Shown: positions 49,305-61,600 of the stretch, piece after piece
Layout: every line of letters begins with the position of its first letter
How positions within the stretch are numbered: the stretch's first letter is position 1
Assembly (NCBI GenBank): GCA_950097015.1
Contig: CATNEN010000038.1
Location: 9,734,001-9,798,000, forward strand
Direction: 5' to 3'
From: Macrostomum hystrix
Taxonomy: Eukaryota; Animalia; Platyhelminthes
Length of the DNA stretch: 64,000 nucleotides
Notes under the pieces: model-generated
Database searches by the model: none
Seen by the model: only the letters and a program-made list of their open reading frames with translations
Told to the model about the DNA's origin: nothing
Position numbers and translations under genes: made by a program

Positions 49305-49878
49305 GCCAATAGCCTCACTACAATGTCTTGACTGGCCAATAGCCTCACTACAATGTCTGGGCTAGACCAATAGCCTCACTACAATGTCTTGGCTAGACCA
49401 ATAGCCTCACCACAATGTCTTGGCTAGACCAATAGCCTCACCACAATGTCTTGGCTAGACCAATAGCCTCACTAAAATGTCTTGGCTAGACCAATAGCCT
49501 CACCACAATGTCTTGGCTAGACCAATAGCCTCACTACAATGTCTTGGCTAGACCAATAGCCTCACCACAATGTCTTGGCTAGACCAATAGCCTCACCACA
49601 ATGTCTTGGCTAGACCAATAGCCTCACTAAAATGTCTTGGCTAGACCAATAGCCTCACCACAATGTCTTGGCTAGACCAATAGCCTCACTAGAATGTCTT
49701 GGCTAGACCAATAGCCTCACCACAATGTCTTGGCTAGACCAATAGCCTCACTAAAATGTCTTGGCTAGACCAATAGCCTCACCACAATGTCTTGGCTAGA
49801 CCAATAGCCTCACCACAATGTCTTGGCTAGACCAATAGCCTCACTAGAATGTCTTGACCGGCCAATAGCCTCACTACA
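49305..49878. repeat. Minisatellite, 31-bp unit CCAATAGCCTCACCACAATGTCTTGGCTAGA
   Basis: About 18 copies. Confidence 0.95.
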
Positions 49879-50298
49879 TATTTAGTAATTATAGGGTAAA
49901 AACTAACCTCAAAGACAGATAATAAATCAAAAAAGCAAATACATATTTTTGTATTTTATGTCTATCAAGGTACAGGTTGAAGTCAACAGTTAATACAAAA
50001 AGTGGGAAAAATAATAGCATTGTAAAAATAAGTCAAGCCATATCTTATGACTTATCGTCGATAAATAAAAAACATGAAAGTCTGCAGCGAATCTTAAACA
50101 AAAAGTCATGACTATTAACAGGCTTATATACGAGCTAATATTAAACAACAATGTTTATTAAGCCTAAATCAAATGCTGCAAGTCAATAACCGGTGTAAGT
50201 CAAGCAAATCTAAGATCTAATTAAGATCAACTTTGAATAAAATATTAAAATTGCAATTTGGGAATTATGGATTGAAAGTTTGAAAGTCAGGAATAAAA

Positions 50299-51110
50299 TA
50301 GGATTTGGAACAAAGAAATGTAGGATTTGGGACTAGGAATCATATGATTTGGGACTAAGAAATATAGGATTTGAGACTAAGAAATATAGGATTTGAGACT
50401 AGGAAATATAGGATTTGAGACTAGGAAATATAGGATTTGAGACTAGGAAATATAGGATTTGAGACTAAGAAATATAGGATTTGAGACTAGGAATCATAGG
50501 ATTTGGGGCTAAGAAATATAGGATTTGAGACTAAGAAATATAGGATTTGAGACTAGGAATCATAGGATTTGGGGCTAAGAAATATAGGATTTGAGACTAA
50601 GAAATATAGGATTTGAGACTAGGAATCATAGGATTTGGGGCTAAGAAATATAGGATTTGAGACTAAGAAATATAGGATTTGAGACTAGGAATCATAGGAT
50701 TTGGGGCTAAGAAATATAGGATTTGAGACTAAGAAATATAGGATTTGAGACTAGGAATCATAGGATTTGGGACTAAGAAATATAGGATTTGAGACTAGGA
50801 AATATAGGATTTGAGACTAGGAAATATAGGATTTGAGACTAGGAAATATAGGATTTGAGACTAGGAAATATAGGATTTGAGACTAAGAAATATAGGATTT
50901 GAGACTAGGAATCATAGGATTTGGGGCTAAGAAATATAGGATTTGAGACTAAGAAATATAGGATTTGAGACTAGGAATCATAGGATTTGGGGCTAAGAAA
51001 TATAGGATTTGAGACTAAGAAATATAGGATTTGAGACTAGGAATCATAGGATTTGGGGCTAAGAAATATAGGATTTAGGACTAAGAAGTCAGGATTCGGG
51101 ACTAGGAATT
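50299..51110. repeat. Minisatellite, 22-bp unit TAGGATTTGAGACTAAGAAATA with a 3-unit higher-order pattern
   Basis: About 36 copies. Confidence 0.95.
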
Positions 51111-51251
51111 CAGGACATGTACAAACTTTTATTAATAGTTAATGAGATTGTCACAGAATATAATGAATTTATGAATTCTAATTTTGCCTAAGAAAACACG
51201 CGACCTGTTGCTTAATACGCCGATCAAGTATTTTATCTATTTCCAGGTGAA

Positions 51252-51932
51252 CTAAATCCAGGGATTTTTAAACATTGAAGCAAGCGAACCGCCTAGACGC
51301 AAACAACAGTAGGCCTGCTGCTGCTGTTGCTGCGGTAGATGCCGACACTTGGCCAAGGCAGCTCGGCGAAGATTAACCGCCTCCTGGTGTGGCATCACGG
51401 TCCTCCGTTTGTAGCAGCGAACCAGAGCGGCCTTCTGCGTCCTCAGGTCCGGCTCCCCGGTCAAAGCCTCGGCGCTTACCCGAGCCGCGTCACAATGCTT
51501 TGTCAGCAGGCCGGCCTCTTTCTCCAGGCGAGCCTTCAGAATCAGGCGCAGCTTCGCTTGCAGATACTGGCCAATCGCTGCACAGCGCCGCAATCGCCGG
51601 GCCTCGCATTCTTGATCATCGTCATCAGCATCCTTCCACACACCAAGCCAGTTCACAATCTTGGGAGCATACTTCGCTGCACCAAGCGTCATTGTTGAGT
51701 CCGTTGGCGGCTGCGGCGGCGGCTGGTTAACGCTGGCAACAATCCGATCGACGGCAGCCTGCGCGGCTAGCAGGCGCATCTGCTTGGCGTGCTGGGCCAG
51801 GCTGCCGTGCCACGGCCGGTGACGCTGATTGGCCAAAGTCTGGTTGGCCGTCTTCTTCTGGACCCGGCCGCGACGACAGCGCAACCGTTTGATGGCCCGG
51901 GGATCAATGAACTTCGAGACACTGTCAACCAT
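51252..51932 (-). CDS. Uncharacterised basic protein, single exon (226 aa)
   Basis: GC-rich non-repetitive ORF inside AT-rich flanks; ATG at 51932 is preceded by acceptor-like AATTCCAG|CCA. Confidence 0.6.
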   Translation of the reverse strand: MVDSVSKFIDPRAIKRLRCRRGRVQKKTANQTLANQRHRPWHGSLAQHAKQMRLLAAQAAVDRIVASVNQPPPQPPTDSTMTLGAAKYAPKIVNWLGVWKDADDDDQECEARRLRRCAAIGQYLQAKLRLILKARLEKEAGLLTKHCDAARVSAEALTGEPDLRTQKAALVRCYKRRTVMPHQEAVNLRRAALAKCRHLPQQQQQQAYCCLRLGGSLASMFKNPWI

Positions 51933-54900
51933 TGGCTGGAATTGGATAAGTTGGTACCTAACGAGGCGTTTTCTTCCGGTCAATTAATAATCGATTGTTA
52001 ATTAAAAACTAAAACGGCCCTTTAAGCACCACAATCAGTGCATGCACAAAAATTTAGACCACTTAAATTTGTAAAGCTAAAAATCATCTTATATCTGTAT
52101 CACTGACTACATAACTCTTTTTCAGTTTTATTACCTTGCACTTCTTAGCTACCCTATACAGATCTGTGAATACAATGTTAAATAACTTGTATAGCTAATA
52201 AATAATGCTTAAATGTACATCTAATAAAGAGGAATCATATTTAGATTTTTCATTTCACATTTAGTTTGGCAATGTATTCATTTATAGGCCTAATCTAAAA
52301 TCTACAGATATCATCAACATACCAATAAATTCTGAGAAGTTACTGAAACAGAGTACCATAAATCAAATAATTATAATTTATTTGCAAGTTGTTGTTCTAA
52401 CAAATTTGTATCATTTTATTTTACTTTACCATATTTTGTTGCAAAAATATTTCTAATTTTCTCTCCTACTTAGAATCATTGTTTGAAGAAAGGGCTGAGT
52501 ATGAGAGTAGTAAGAAAATTAGAATGACTTGTTCATAGGTAAAATTGAAAGTTGCCATTATGTGTTACACTATAGTAAATACACACATTTTATGTACATT
52601 ACTAGTTATGGTAAATAGTACATTTGCTAAGTGTCTTATTGCAAACAGACTAATTCACTATAAAAGAGCGGAATTATTTATTGAATGATAAAATTAACAG
52701 AAACTATATAATTAAATTATAAGAAAGAACCCCAATACCAAGGCCGTACAAACACTTTTATAGTAATTTTGGCCTAGGTCTAGTATATAATTAGTAAAAA
52801 TATAAAATAAATATATTTATGTAGCTAGCTGGCGTAAATTTACTTTTGTTTGTGAAATTATTTTCCTTTTTTAAAATGGTGCCAATGACGCGGAATGACA
52901 AATGGGAGTTGTCTATGGCCCATAGTAAGGCCTAGCCGCATAGAGTTGTTTGGGGCACAAAAATTCGGCTGAGTCTTATTGAGCCCTTACTAAGTTTGGA
53001 TTTTAGAGACTTCAAGACTCTTCTGATTTGCAAATGGCTAGACAGCTCCCAAGAGCATTGTGGATTGTGCCACCAAATGAAGTTCTGCTGGCACAGGCAC
53101 TGACAGAACTAAATATGAATTCAAGGGATCTGATGGAAGTGACGGCAGGTACTGACGAGACTATGTGGCATGGCACTAGTGATGCCCTCTTTGAATCATA
53201 CATCCAAGAGTAGGGGGGCCTATCTATGGCGATGCCTTCACCCTGGGCCTGCCAAGGCTTTTGTCAGCATTCTGTACTGGATTCATCATTATTATCCAGT
53301 TTAGGAATCCGAGACAGTCAGGACTGCATTGAACTGAACTAAGCAATGCTCAGTGCCATTTAAAAATGTTTCCCACCAGTTGTGTTACCAGTTGACGTTA
53401 TCCGCTTCATCGTTCAAAATTTTAAAAGAAGGAAATAATTTGGCGAACAAAAGTAAATTTATGCTAGCTAGCCGAATGGCTAGCTAATTTTACAATATAT
53501 AGCAAGACAATAGTCAGAAAAATAGCTCTAATGTAGCATTATATAGCATTCTTAATGATGTTACACATCATATGTCATTATCTAATTCCTATATCATATT
53601 ATATATGCAAAAACATTAATGAAGAGTATGTAGCACACTAGACATAGTCTAGGCCTATAACTATTCAATGCTGAAATGCATGCAAATAGTTCTGGTTAAC
53701 AGTTAAGACCCAGACCAAGACAAATGAAAATAGAAGATGCAATGCATATACAGATTACAGATACAGATACAGCGCTCTTCTCAGAAAAAAGTATATATTA
53801 GGCCTATCAAGAGTAAGCCTAGCAGCTGAGGGTCAAAAAGCTGAGTATAATTCCATTATAAATAGATATAGCAAGCTATAGAAAAGTATGCAGAACTTTT
53901 AGAAGGCATAGCTAGTCATAGATGACAAACGTAGGCTTTTTGCCGCCGTTATTGATTGCCATATTGGCCCACCTGACCCGGGCTGGTAAAAAAAATTCAA
54001 AACTAAAAAAATGAAATTAATTTGATAGATAGCTACTAATACTACAAGTGTAATTGTTTCGGATTGTTTTACTCCTGCATTGCAATAATCATTAGCTAAA
54101 ATCGTGGGCGGCATGGATTAACTTGATGCGAAAGCTTCAGCTCGCTCATGCTTCATTCGGTATGAATCTGATGACAGACACGTGCTGTAGATCACTTAAC
54201 TGTTTAGGCGAAAATTAAATAAACGCCAAGACTTAGGCCCATTTAGATTAAATTAGAACGAAAAATGCTCAAACTAGAAAAGTAGGCATATTTCAGTTTC
54301 GAGGATATTTTCTTCACTTTTTCGTTCTCAGCTTCACAGCTTAAGATCTACAAAGAAATTTCCAATCAGAATTTAACAAAATGTGTACCAGTTTGAACCT
54401 GTTAGTTCTAATTCCATTTTTTGTCTTGTGCGACGGCACAGCCGCACCTAATTGTGCAATGCATGTGCAATGCTACGTACGGCTGTTCAATCCATGGACT
54501 AGGTTCAAGCCACACACAACCCCAATTACTTTAGCAGCCGTGTGAACCGAAACAATGGCTGAGTTATTAGGAGTCTTTTTAAAGTTAAACAATTGTTCCT
54601 TGTAGTCATAAAATCGAACCCCTGTCCTTTTAAGTCTTGAGTCCGACACATTAATTAATCACTAGGCTAAAACCCCTACTGGGTTCAAGCCCTGTTGTGC
54701 AACCTAGGATTAAAAGCATATTGAGAGTTGACGTGGAAATTCAACGTCGCTTATATTCGCGTGGGAAAAATTAGACTTTTTAAAAGTCGCTATAATAATC
54801 GCAGTACAGGGGTTACTGTACACTTTCATGTACATAGGAAGCGATTATCCGACGTATAGTGACGTTAATTATTGGGATGCAAGTTCTTATTGTTATTGAA

Positions 54901-55545
54901 AGCAAGAAAAGCGTAAAAATGTATTCGTGGGAAATACATTGCGAGTATAGATTACTACACAATTCTTGCGCTATAATAATTACAATTCAAGTGTCACTTC
55001 CACCTCATTTAGAATTAAATAGTGCTAAATTTTCCTCTAGACGGCGAATTATATAAAAGCATTCGATAGAAATTTGTGCTTAATATATAACACCTCCATT
55101 TTCTCTATTTGGCTTTGCTGCTCAGAAGCTGTTCCCGTAGAATACAGAGAATAAACTAACAATGTATACGCAGTATTGTTTAAACAGAACGTTTAAAGCC
55201 TCCTCCTTCACTGTACACCTGTCACATAGAGCTGTTAACCCAGCCTGCAAGCAATTGTCCGCTTACAAAGCTGTCAGATGCAAACAGAAAGCCTTCCACA
55301 ATTGTTGGCAGTCTCTACCATCGCTCGAGTCGACGCTTTTCAGTCGCGCTTAATTATTTGAGAAACCGTTGATGGGCTTGACAACGGGTAGAGAAAGAAC
55401 TTACGGCAGCATGCACATCGCACTGTGCGCTCATGCGTCCATTGTAAGTGCAGTGCACGAATATAATTTGCGGTTGAGCTGAGCAGCTTCGAGCGTAGCT
55501 TATAGAGTGAAGAGAAAAGCGACACCATCGACAGACAGCGCGAGC

Positions 55546-56115
55546 ATGTCTTACGAGGAGGCCAATGAGCAGCTAGCCAGGCAGCTGATTAAGCGCGGCT
55601 ACGCACTGTACCACCCGCTGCCGGTGTGGCCAGATCCGCGCCTGGACACCGCCGAGGCCTTCGTTGACCGGTTGAAAAGTCGCGTTGTGAAACTGATCGA
55701 CGTGTTTCACTACCGGCTGCCGTTGGAGCTGCGCCTCTGCCGCGTTGGCGTCGATCGGACCAACGGCGGCCGATTCTACATCGACAGGCCGGCCACGTGG
55801 TGCCAGGACGGCTTGGCCGCGAGCTACGAAGCCCACCTGGCGGACAACTATTCAGTCCTCATTGCCATCGGGGTCCTTTCGCGAAGCTACCTGCCCAGCG
55901 ATCTGCTCTACTTGGCCGACGGCGACGTGGAATGGGCAGCCGTGGAGGTGCAGCGCAGGCTGGCCCGCGAGTGCCGGCGCTGCCCCCGCTGCGGCCCGCT
56001 GGTCGATCCGCTGTGGCACGGCGACCCGGCCGACGTTGGACCCTTCGACAACCCGCCCGCTAGGGCCTATCTCATCTGTCTGGCGTTGAAGCTGTCGAGG
56101 GACGGCAGCTGGTAG
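55546..56115 (+). CDS. Uncharacterised protein, single exon (189 aa) with CRRCPRC motif
   Basis: GC-rich ORF with strong GC3 bias; no family recognised. Confidence 0.65.
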   Translation: MSYEEANEQLARQLIKRGYALYHPLPVWPDPRLDTAEAFVDRLKSRVVKLIDVFHYRLPLELRLCRVGVDRTNGGRFYIDRPATWCQDGLAASYEAHLADNYSVLIAIGVLSRSYLPSDLLYLADGDVEWAAVEVQRRLARECRRCPRCGPLVDPLWHGDPADVGPFDNPPARAYLICLALKLSRDGSW

Positions 56116-56577
56116 ACTGTCTGCGGATTGCACTGATCATTAACAAATAAGTCTAGCTATTTTAAACAAATTCTCCTTTGTCTAACAGGGATGAAAAGGG
56201 AACTTTCTCATATTTTCGAAAGTGGAGACGCAGCCAGTGGGAAGCGATTCTGCACATACCGCTGACTCCTGAATACTCAGGTACACACACTATTACACAC
56301 GTGTGTACATCTGCCCTAACGTTTTTCACTCAGGATATGTACACCAACTGTGCCTTTGGGGTTGTAAATAATATTTTTTATGACAACCCCAAAGCCCCTA
56401 AGCGTGGTGACCTCGCCGCGACATCGAGCTCAGAGAACCGATTGGTGCGATGGACAAAAACGTTAGCAGCTCTGCCACTCACCGCAACCCTGAAACAAAA
56501 CATGTAGGGTCTTTGAGTAGGTTACCCATCGAGTTAAAATGAGTCAATGACAACACTGAAATGTTATTTAAGCAGTT

Positions 56578-56832
56578 GTAGAGGTTGTAGCATTGTGTTT
56601 AGAGCATCGGACTCACGACTTAAAGGTCGGGGGTTCGATTCCCGACTCCATTGGAACAATTCGTGTCCTTTAGTAAGACACTTAAGTTCACCAGCATTTG
56701 AATGGAATGGAGGGTCGGTGTGGCGTGCCCAGTCCATGGACTGAACAGCTGTACGTAGCCTTCAGCGCCGCGCAATAGCTGGCCTAATTGGGGCAGGTGT
56801 AATCAATTATTAAATTAATAATTATAATTATT
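56578..56832 (+). mobile_element. tRNA-derived SINE (family A)
   Basis: TTAGAGCATCGGACTCACGACTTAAAGGTCGGGGGTTCGATTCCCGACTCC head, body shared with 40055-40225, AT-rich tail. Confidence 0.8.
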
Positions 56833-57109
56833 AAGCAGTAAATTCGAAGTGAGTTGAGTCAGTTTTACTTGTCATTCATTCATTTGTATTTTTTAAACGG
56901 TAGTGGAAATGTTTTTGTATATTTTTCAATTTAGGAGTTTTTATTGAAACTATAATTTTATGATTTAATTCAACATTATTGTAGCTTAGTTCAATGTAAA
57001 AATAAATTTATTTTAGAAACAATTTTTCTACTGATTTTGTTAGCAGAACATAAAATAGATCGTTTCACGTGAAGAGTAATTATTTTTCTGTAATTACGAG
57101 TTACATATA

Positions 57110-57580
57110 AGTTAATTATTATAATAATTATTATAATTATTATAAATTATAAATTATTAAAATATTATAATATTTTATTATAATAATTTTATAAATTTAT
57201 AAATTTTATTAATTTTTATATTTATATTTATTATATATATAATTATAATTTTTTTTCGGACAATATAATTATATAATTATATAATAAATATAAATATAAA
57301 TAATAAATAAAATTTATAAATTTATATAAAATTATTATAATAAAATAATTATAAACTTATTATTAAAAAAATTCATAAATATAAAAAAATTATAAAAACT
57401 TATTATTAAATAATAAATAAAATAAAATAATAAAAAAATATAAATAATAAACATAAATTATATAAATATATCATTATATATATAATTATTTAATTATATA
57501 ATATAATTATATATATATAATTATATATATATATATAATTGTGAGACGGCACAATTACATGAAATATACATATATATTTC
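57110..57580. repeat. Extremely AT-rich low-complexity tract
   Basis: Almost only A and T, with TA and TAA microrepeats. Confidence 0.9.
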
Positions 57581-58089
57581 AGATGTTGAATTCCTGAATT
57601 GATTCATGAGTAGTCGGATATTTTTTTAAAAATAAATATTTGACCAGCAAAAGCAAGCTGCATGGCTTTGTAGGATATTTTAAAGAAAGCAAACTTTTTG
57701 TTTTAAATAACTGTTTATTTATTTGATGACGAAAAGGTGTTAGTCTATTTTTAATTTAATTAAGATAGCTAATATAATCTAAACAACACATCTGAATATT
57801 GTTTTTTTGTATTTTGAATATCTATTAGGTTTGTGCTAAAACTGAAAACATGGTGTAAATCTTTTTGTGCATACGACACGACGAGTTACAAATATTTCGA
57901 TTGCCTTGACTAAAAAATAATAGATACAGCTTGAGGTAACTAAATTTGTGTCCACTAATTGCTGCGATTCACTCCATGACAATTCACAACGCTTTTACAC
58001 TATATGTACATGATTGCATCCAAATAATATTGTATCTGTCTCACATTTGTCTCAGAAAGTTGAAACTGCATAGCCTGATGAGGCAGTCG

Positions 58090-58620
58090 GGCTTCTCCGA
58101 CATCCCCATAGTCAGTGTGGCTTCTCCCACATCCCCAAAGTCAGTGAGGCTTCTCCCACATCCCCAAAGTCAGTGTGGCTGCTCCCACATCCCCAAAGTC
58201 AGTGTGGCTGCTCCCACATCCCCATAGTCAGTGAGGCTGCTCCCACATCCCCAAAGTCAGTGTGGCTGCTCCCACATCCCCATAGTCAGTGAGGCTGCTC
58301 CCACATCCCCATAGTCAGTGTGGCTGCTCCCACATCCCCATAGTCAGTGTGGCTGCTCCCACATCCCCATAGTCAGTGAGGCTTCTCCCACATCCCCATA
58401 GTCAGTGTGGCTGCTCCCACATCCCCATAGTCAGTGTGGCTGCTCCCACATCCCCATAGTCAGTGAGGCTTCTCCCACATCCCCATAGTCAGTGTGGCTG
58501 CTCCCACATCCCCATAGTCAGTGTGGCTGCTCCCACAACCCCAAAGTCAGTGAGGCTGCTCCCACTCCCTAAAGTCAGTGTGGCTGCTCCCACATCCCCA
58601 TAGTCAGTGTGGCTGCTCCC
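58090..58620. repeat. Minisatellite, 29-bp unit GGCTGCTCCCACATCCCCATAGTCAGTGT
   Basis: About 18 copies abutting the last KCNH exon. Confidence 0.95.
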
Positions 58621-61600
58621 TCATGTCTTCACCGTAAACATCGCCGTTGTCCGCAAAGTCGGTAGCTCCGCCAACGTGACACCCCTCATGGAGGTGGCGG
58701 TCGTCATCTTCAGACAGATCTTCGGCCTGGTCGGCAGAGGCGCCGGAATTGCCACCGAGTGTCAACTCGCCGCGGGCGGCCTTCGCCTGCAGGATGCGCA
58801 GAATCGTCATCATGTCGGTCTCCAGCTTGGCCTCCAGCAGCGTCAGGTGGCTCTCCAGCTGCTGAACTCGGCCAGTCAGGGCGTCTAGGCAGCCCGCTGA
58901 GCAGCAGGTTCCACCAGGTGCAACGGCGCCGCAGCCTGAGACCACCGTGGCCTGCAAATTCAATTGGCCATTGGGTAAAATGGGGAAAATCATCCCCTAA
59001 TTTAGCTGACGTCAAAGATGCATTATAAAGCTGAAGTTACATAGCCAGACGAATTCACCTGCGTCTCCTGGCTGACCAAGCTGCCTGAACGACCCTCTGT
59101 GGCGAAGTGGTGCTGTGGTCGAGCTGCTCCGAAGCCGCTGCCACCGTTGACGTCGATAGGTGCTCCACCGTTGAGGCCCAAGCCGCTTGGCCCTGCTTCG
59201 CTGCCATTGCTCTGCGTTGGCTGGTAATTCACCTTCGAGTGGTGTAATCGCTCGCTAAATTAGCTTGGATTCGAGGTTGTAGCTAAGGAGAATTACACTG
59301 ATTGGCTCACCTGTCCGAACACCTGCTGCAAGGTGGTAACAGCCCGCTGGGCGAAGCCGCCCGAGTTTTGCGCGTCGCTGAAGTCGAAGTTGGCCGGGGT
59401 GACGTCGCGACCGGCTTTATCTGGCGAGAATTCTAAAATGCCGGCGCCCGAGGCCGCGGCAGTGGCGGTTGCGGCGGCAGCGGCTGCGGCGGTGGCGGCC
59501 AGTGACGCTGACTGGTCCAGATCCACCCAGCTGCGTTGTCGAGACCCGCCACCGCCGCCACCACCACCGATGCCTCCTCCAGTGACGCCATGGTGCTGCT
59601 GACCAGGAGTAGCCGGTGGCACGCCGAGTCGGTTGCCATGGAGACGAGAGAACGCCGACAGGAATCTTCCGCCAACCACGGGGGACTGGTGATTCGACTT
59701 GCGAGACGAGCTGCGCGACGAGCCGTGATCGACGTGGTGCGGCTGGCCCGCGTGAGAGCCATGATGCCCGGCCGAGTGGTCCATGGAGTGGTCTGCGTGA
59801 AACAGACGATAGGAGAGCTGTTGGATCAAAAACCATGTGGGATTTAAACGGGAAGACAGTAGGATCTACAGGATGCATTTAGTGTGTCCATGGACTGGTG
59901 GAGCAAAGTGAACTGAAGCCCGCCGAATATTGTGTATTGCTCAAGCATATAGTATTTTTTATTTGGACTATGATTCGAACTTCAGACCTGTCTGACTGTC
60001 CGGAGTCCAATTACGAGCTTAGCTCCATGCTACAAATAAAAAAATTCTCCAGAATATTTGGTAAACATGCGCAGGATATCTGCTGATAATATAAAGTTGA
60101 AACTGTTGCCTAGCCTGGAGGGGTTGTGTAGCCTAATGGTTAGAGCGTCGGACTGACGACTTGAAGGTCGGTGGTTCGATTCCCGACTCCTGGTAAAAAT
60201 TGTGTATTTTAGCAAATGGATAAAAGTGAACATTAGGATGTAAATTCAGACCTCTAGAGATCATGGGTACGTTGAATGACAGCTCCTCGTCTCTCAGGTC
60301 GAAGGTGATCTCCAGATTCTTGACAAAGAACTCGGAGAAGCCGGGGTACATCTCCAGGGTCTCCATGAGGTCCTCGCGCTGTATCTTGTGCAGATCACAG
60401 TAGGTCAGGGCGCGCACGTTGCACTTGGACTTGCCGACGGTCTCGTGGATGCACGGAATCTCGCCGAAAGTGTCGTCCTTTCCTAGGATGGCGAGCACCG
60501 TGTCCTCCTTTAGGATCTCGATGCTACCCCTGTGTGCGGGATTTGGAATGCGCTTTGTAGCTAGTAAAAAAACGCGGCATAAAATGCCGATGTACCTGAG
60601 CTCGATTCCGCGGCAAGTCCGATTGTCAATTAATTTGGGGCGAAGCTTCGGAGAGAAGGCTTGTCGTCTTTCACAAAATGGGGGATTGTCGTGAAAGCTA
60701 CGACCGCGAGGGCCAACCTCCAAGGATCGTGTACACTGTGTGACGATGAGAAAGCCAGGGCAGATGTACACACCCCTGTGTGAGCCTGAGTACGTACCCA
60801 CTTGCGTGTGTTTGCTTTTGGTTCAGCAGAATGGGCAGAATTTCCTCGTCGCTGCTGATGCCGCGTCAATGCCGACAGCCCCTCAGAAAATGCAGAACAA
60901 GCTGGCAAAAATTTTCCGCTCAATCCGATGAAACAACTTCCAGAATCACAAAACATCGGCATCGTCGAGATATTCAACGATTCTCGTCCGGGGTGTCTGG
61001 TGACAAAAACCACCAATTGCCACATTTTTCTGCTCACAAAATTTCATCATGTAGTCATGTCGGCTATTATGGATTCGCCATAGAGTTTAATACAAAGCAA
61101 ATTGGACGGCTTTGAAAACTTAATTAATTGAAAAAGGCCAAAAAATTTAGGTTTGTGGTTTGGGAGCTATCGTGAAGTAGGGAGTTGGTATTTGAAATAC
61201 CCCCGTTATCTTTCCCAGGGATAAAAATAGCCAAGTCTTTCCTACTGTTAACAGGAAACAGTAGGTTGTACTGTTTTTTAGAAACCTGTACAAACTAATC
61301 TATTGATGGTCAGAGAGCCTTGCCGGAAGTCGAGACTGAAGATCACACAGATTGATTTTAACAAACTCACCTGGCCACAAAGTACAGCGCACTCAGAATG
61401 TCACCCCTGTGCACCAGGATGTCACCGGGTGGCACATGCGTGGACTTGAACTTCATGGACAGGGTGCGCAAGCAGCCAGGACTGGCCTCCTTGAAGGCCG
61501 GGCAGTTGCGCAGAAGATTTCTGTTGAGGTGCAGGCAGATGTCGGCCTGCAGGCACTCGGGGAAGCCCTTTAGGACGAGGTTCATGTCGATGCCGTTGGT

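Noticed and set aside
53028-53340. Short coding-like island (61-aa ORF, stop, further open frame)
   Set aside because: No recognisable motif or splice structure, so it cannot be supported as a gene.
60117-60195. Functional tRNA genes here and at 27640, 39370, 56580, 54600 (-), 38560 (-)
   Set aside because: A and B boxes are present but acceptor and anticodon stems do not pair, and the fuller copies continue into shared SINE bodies.
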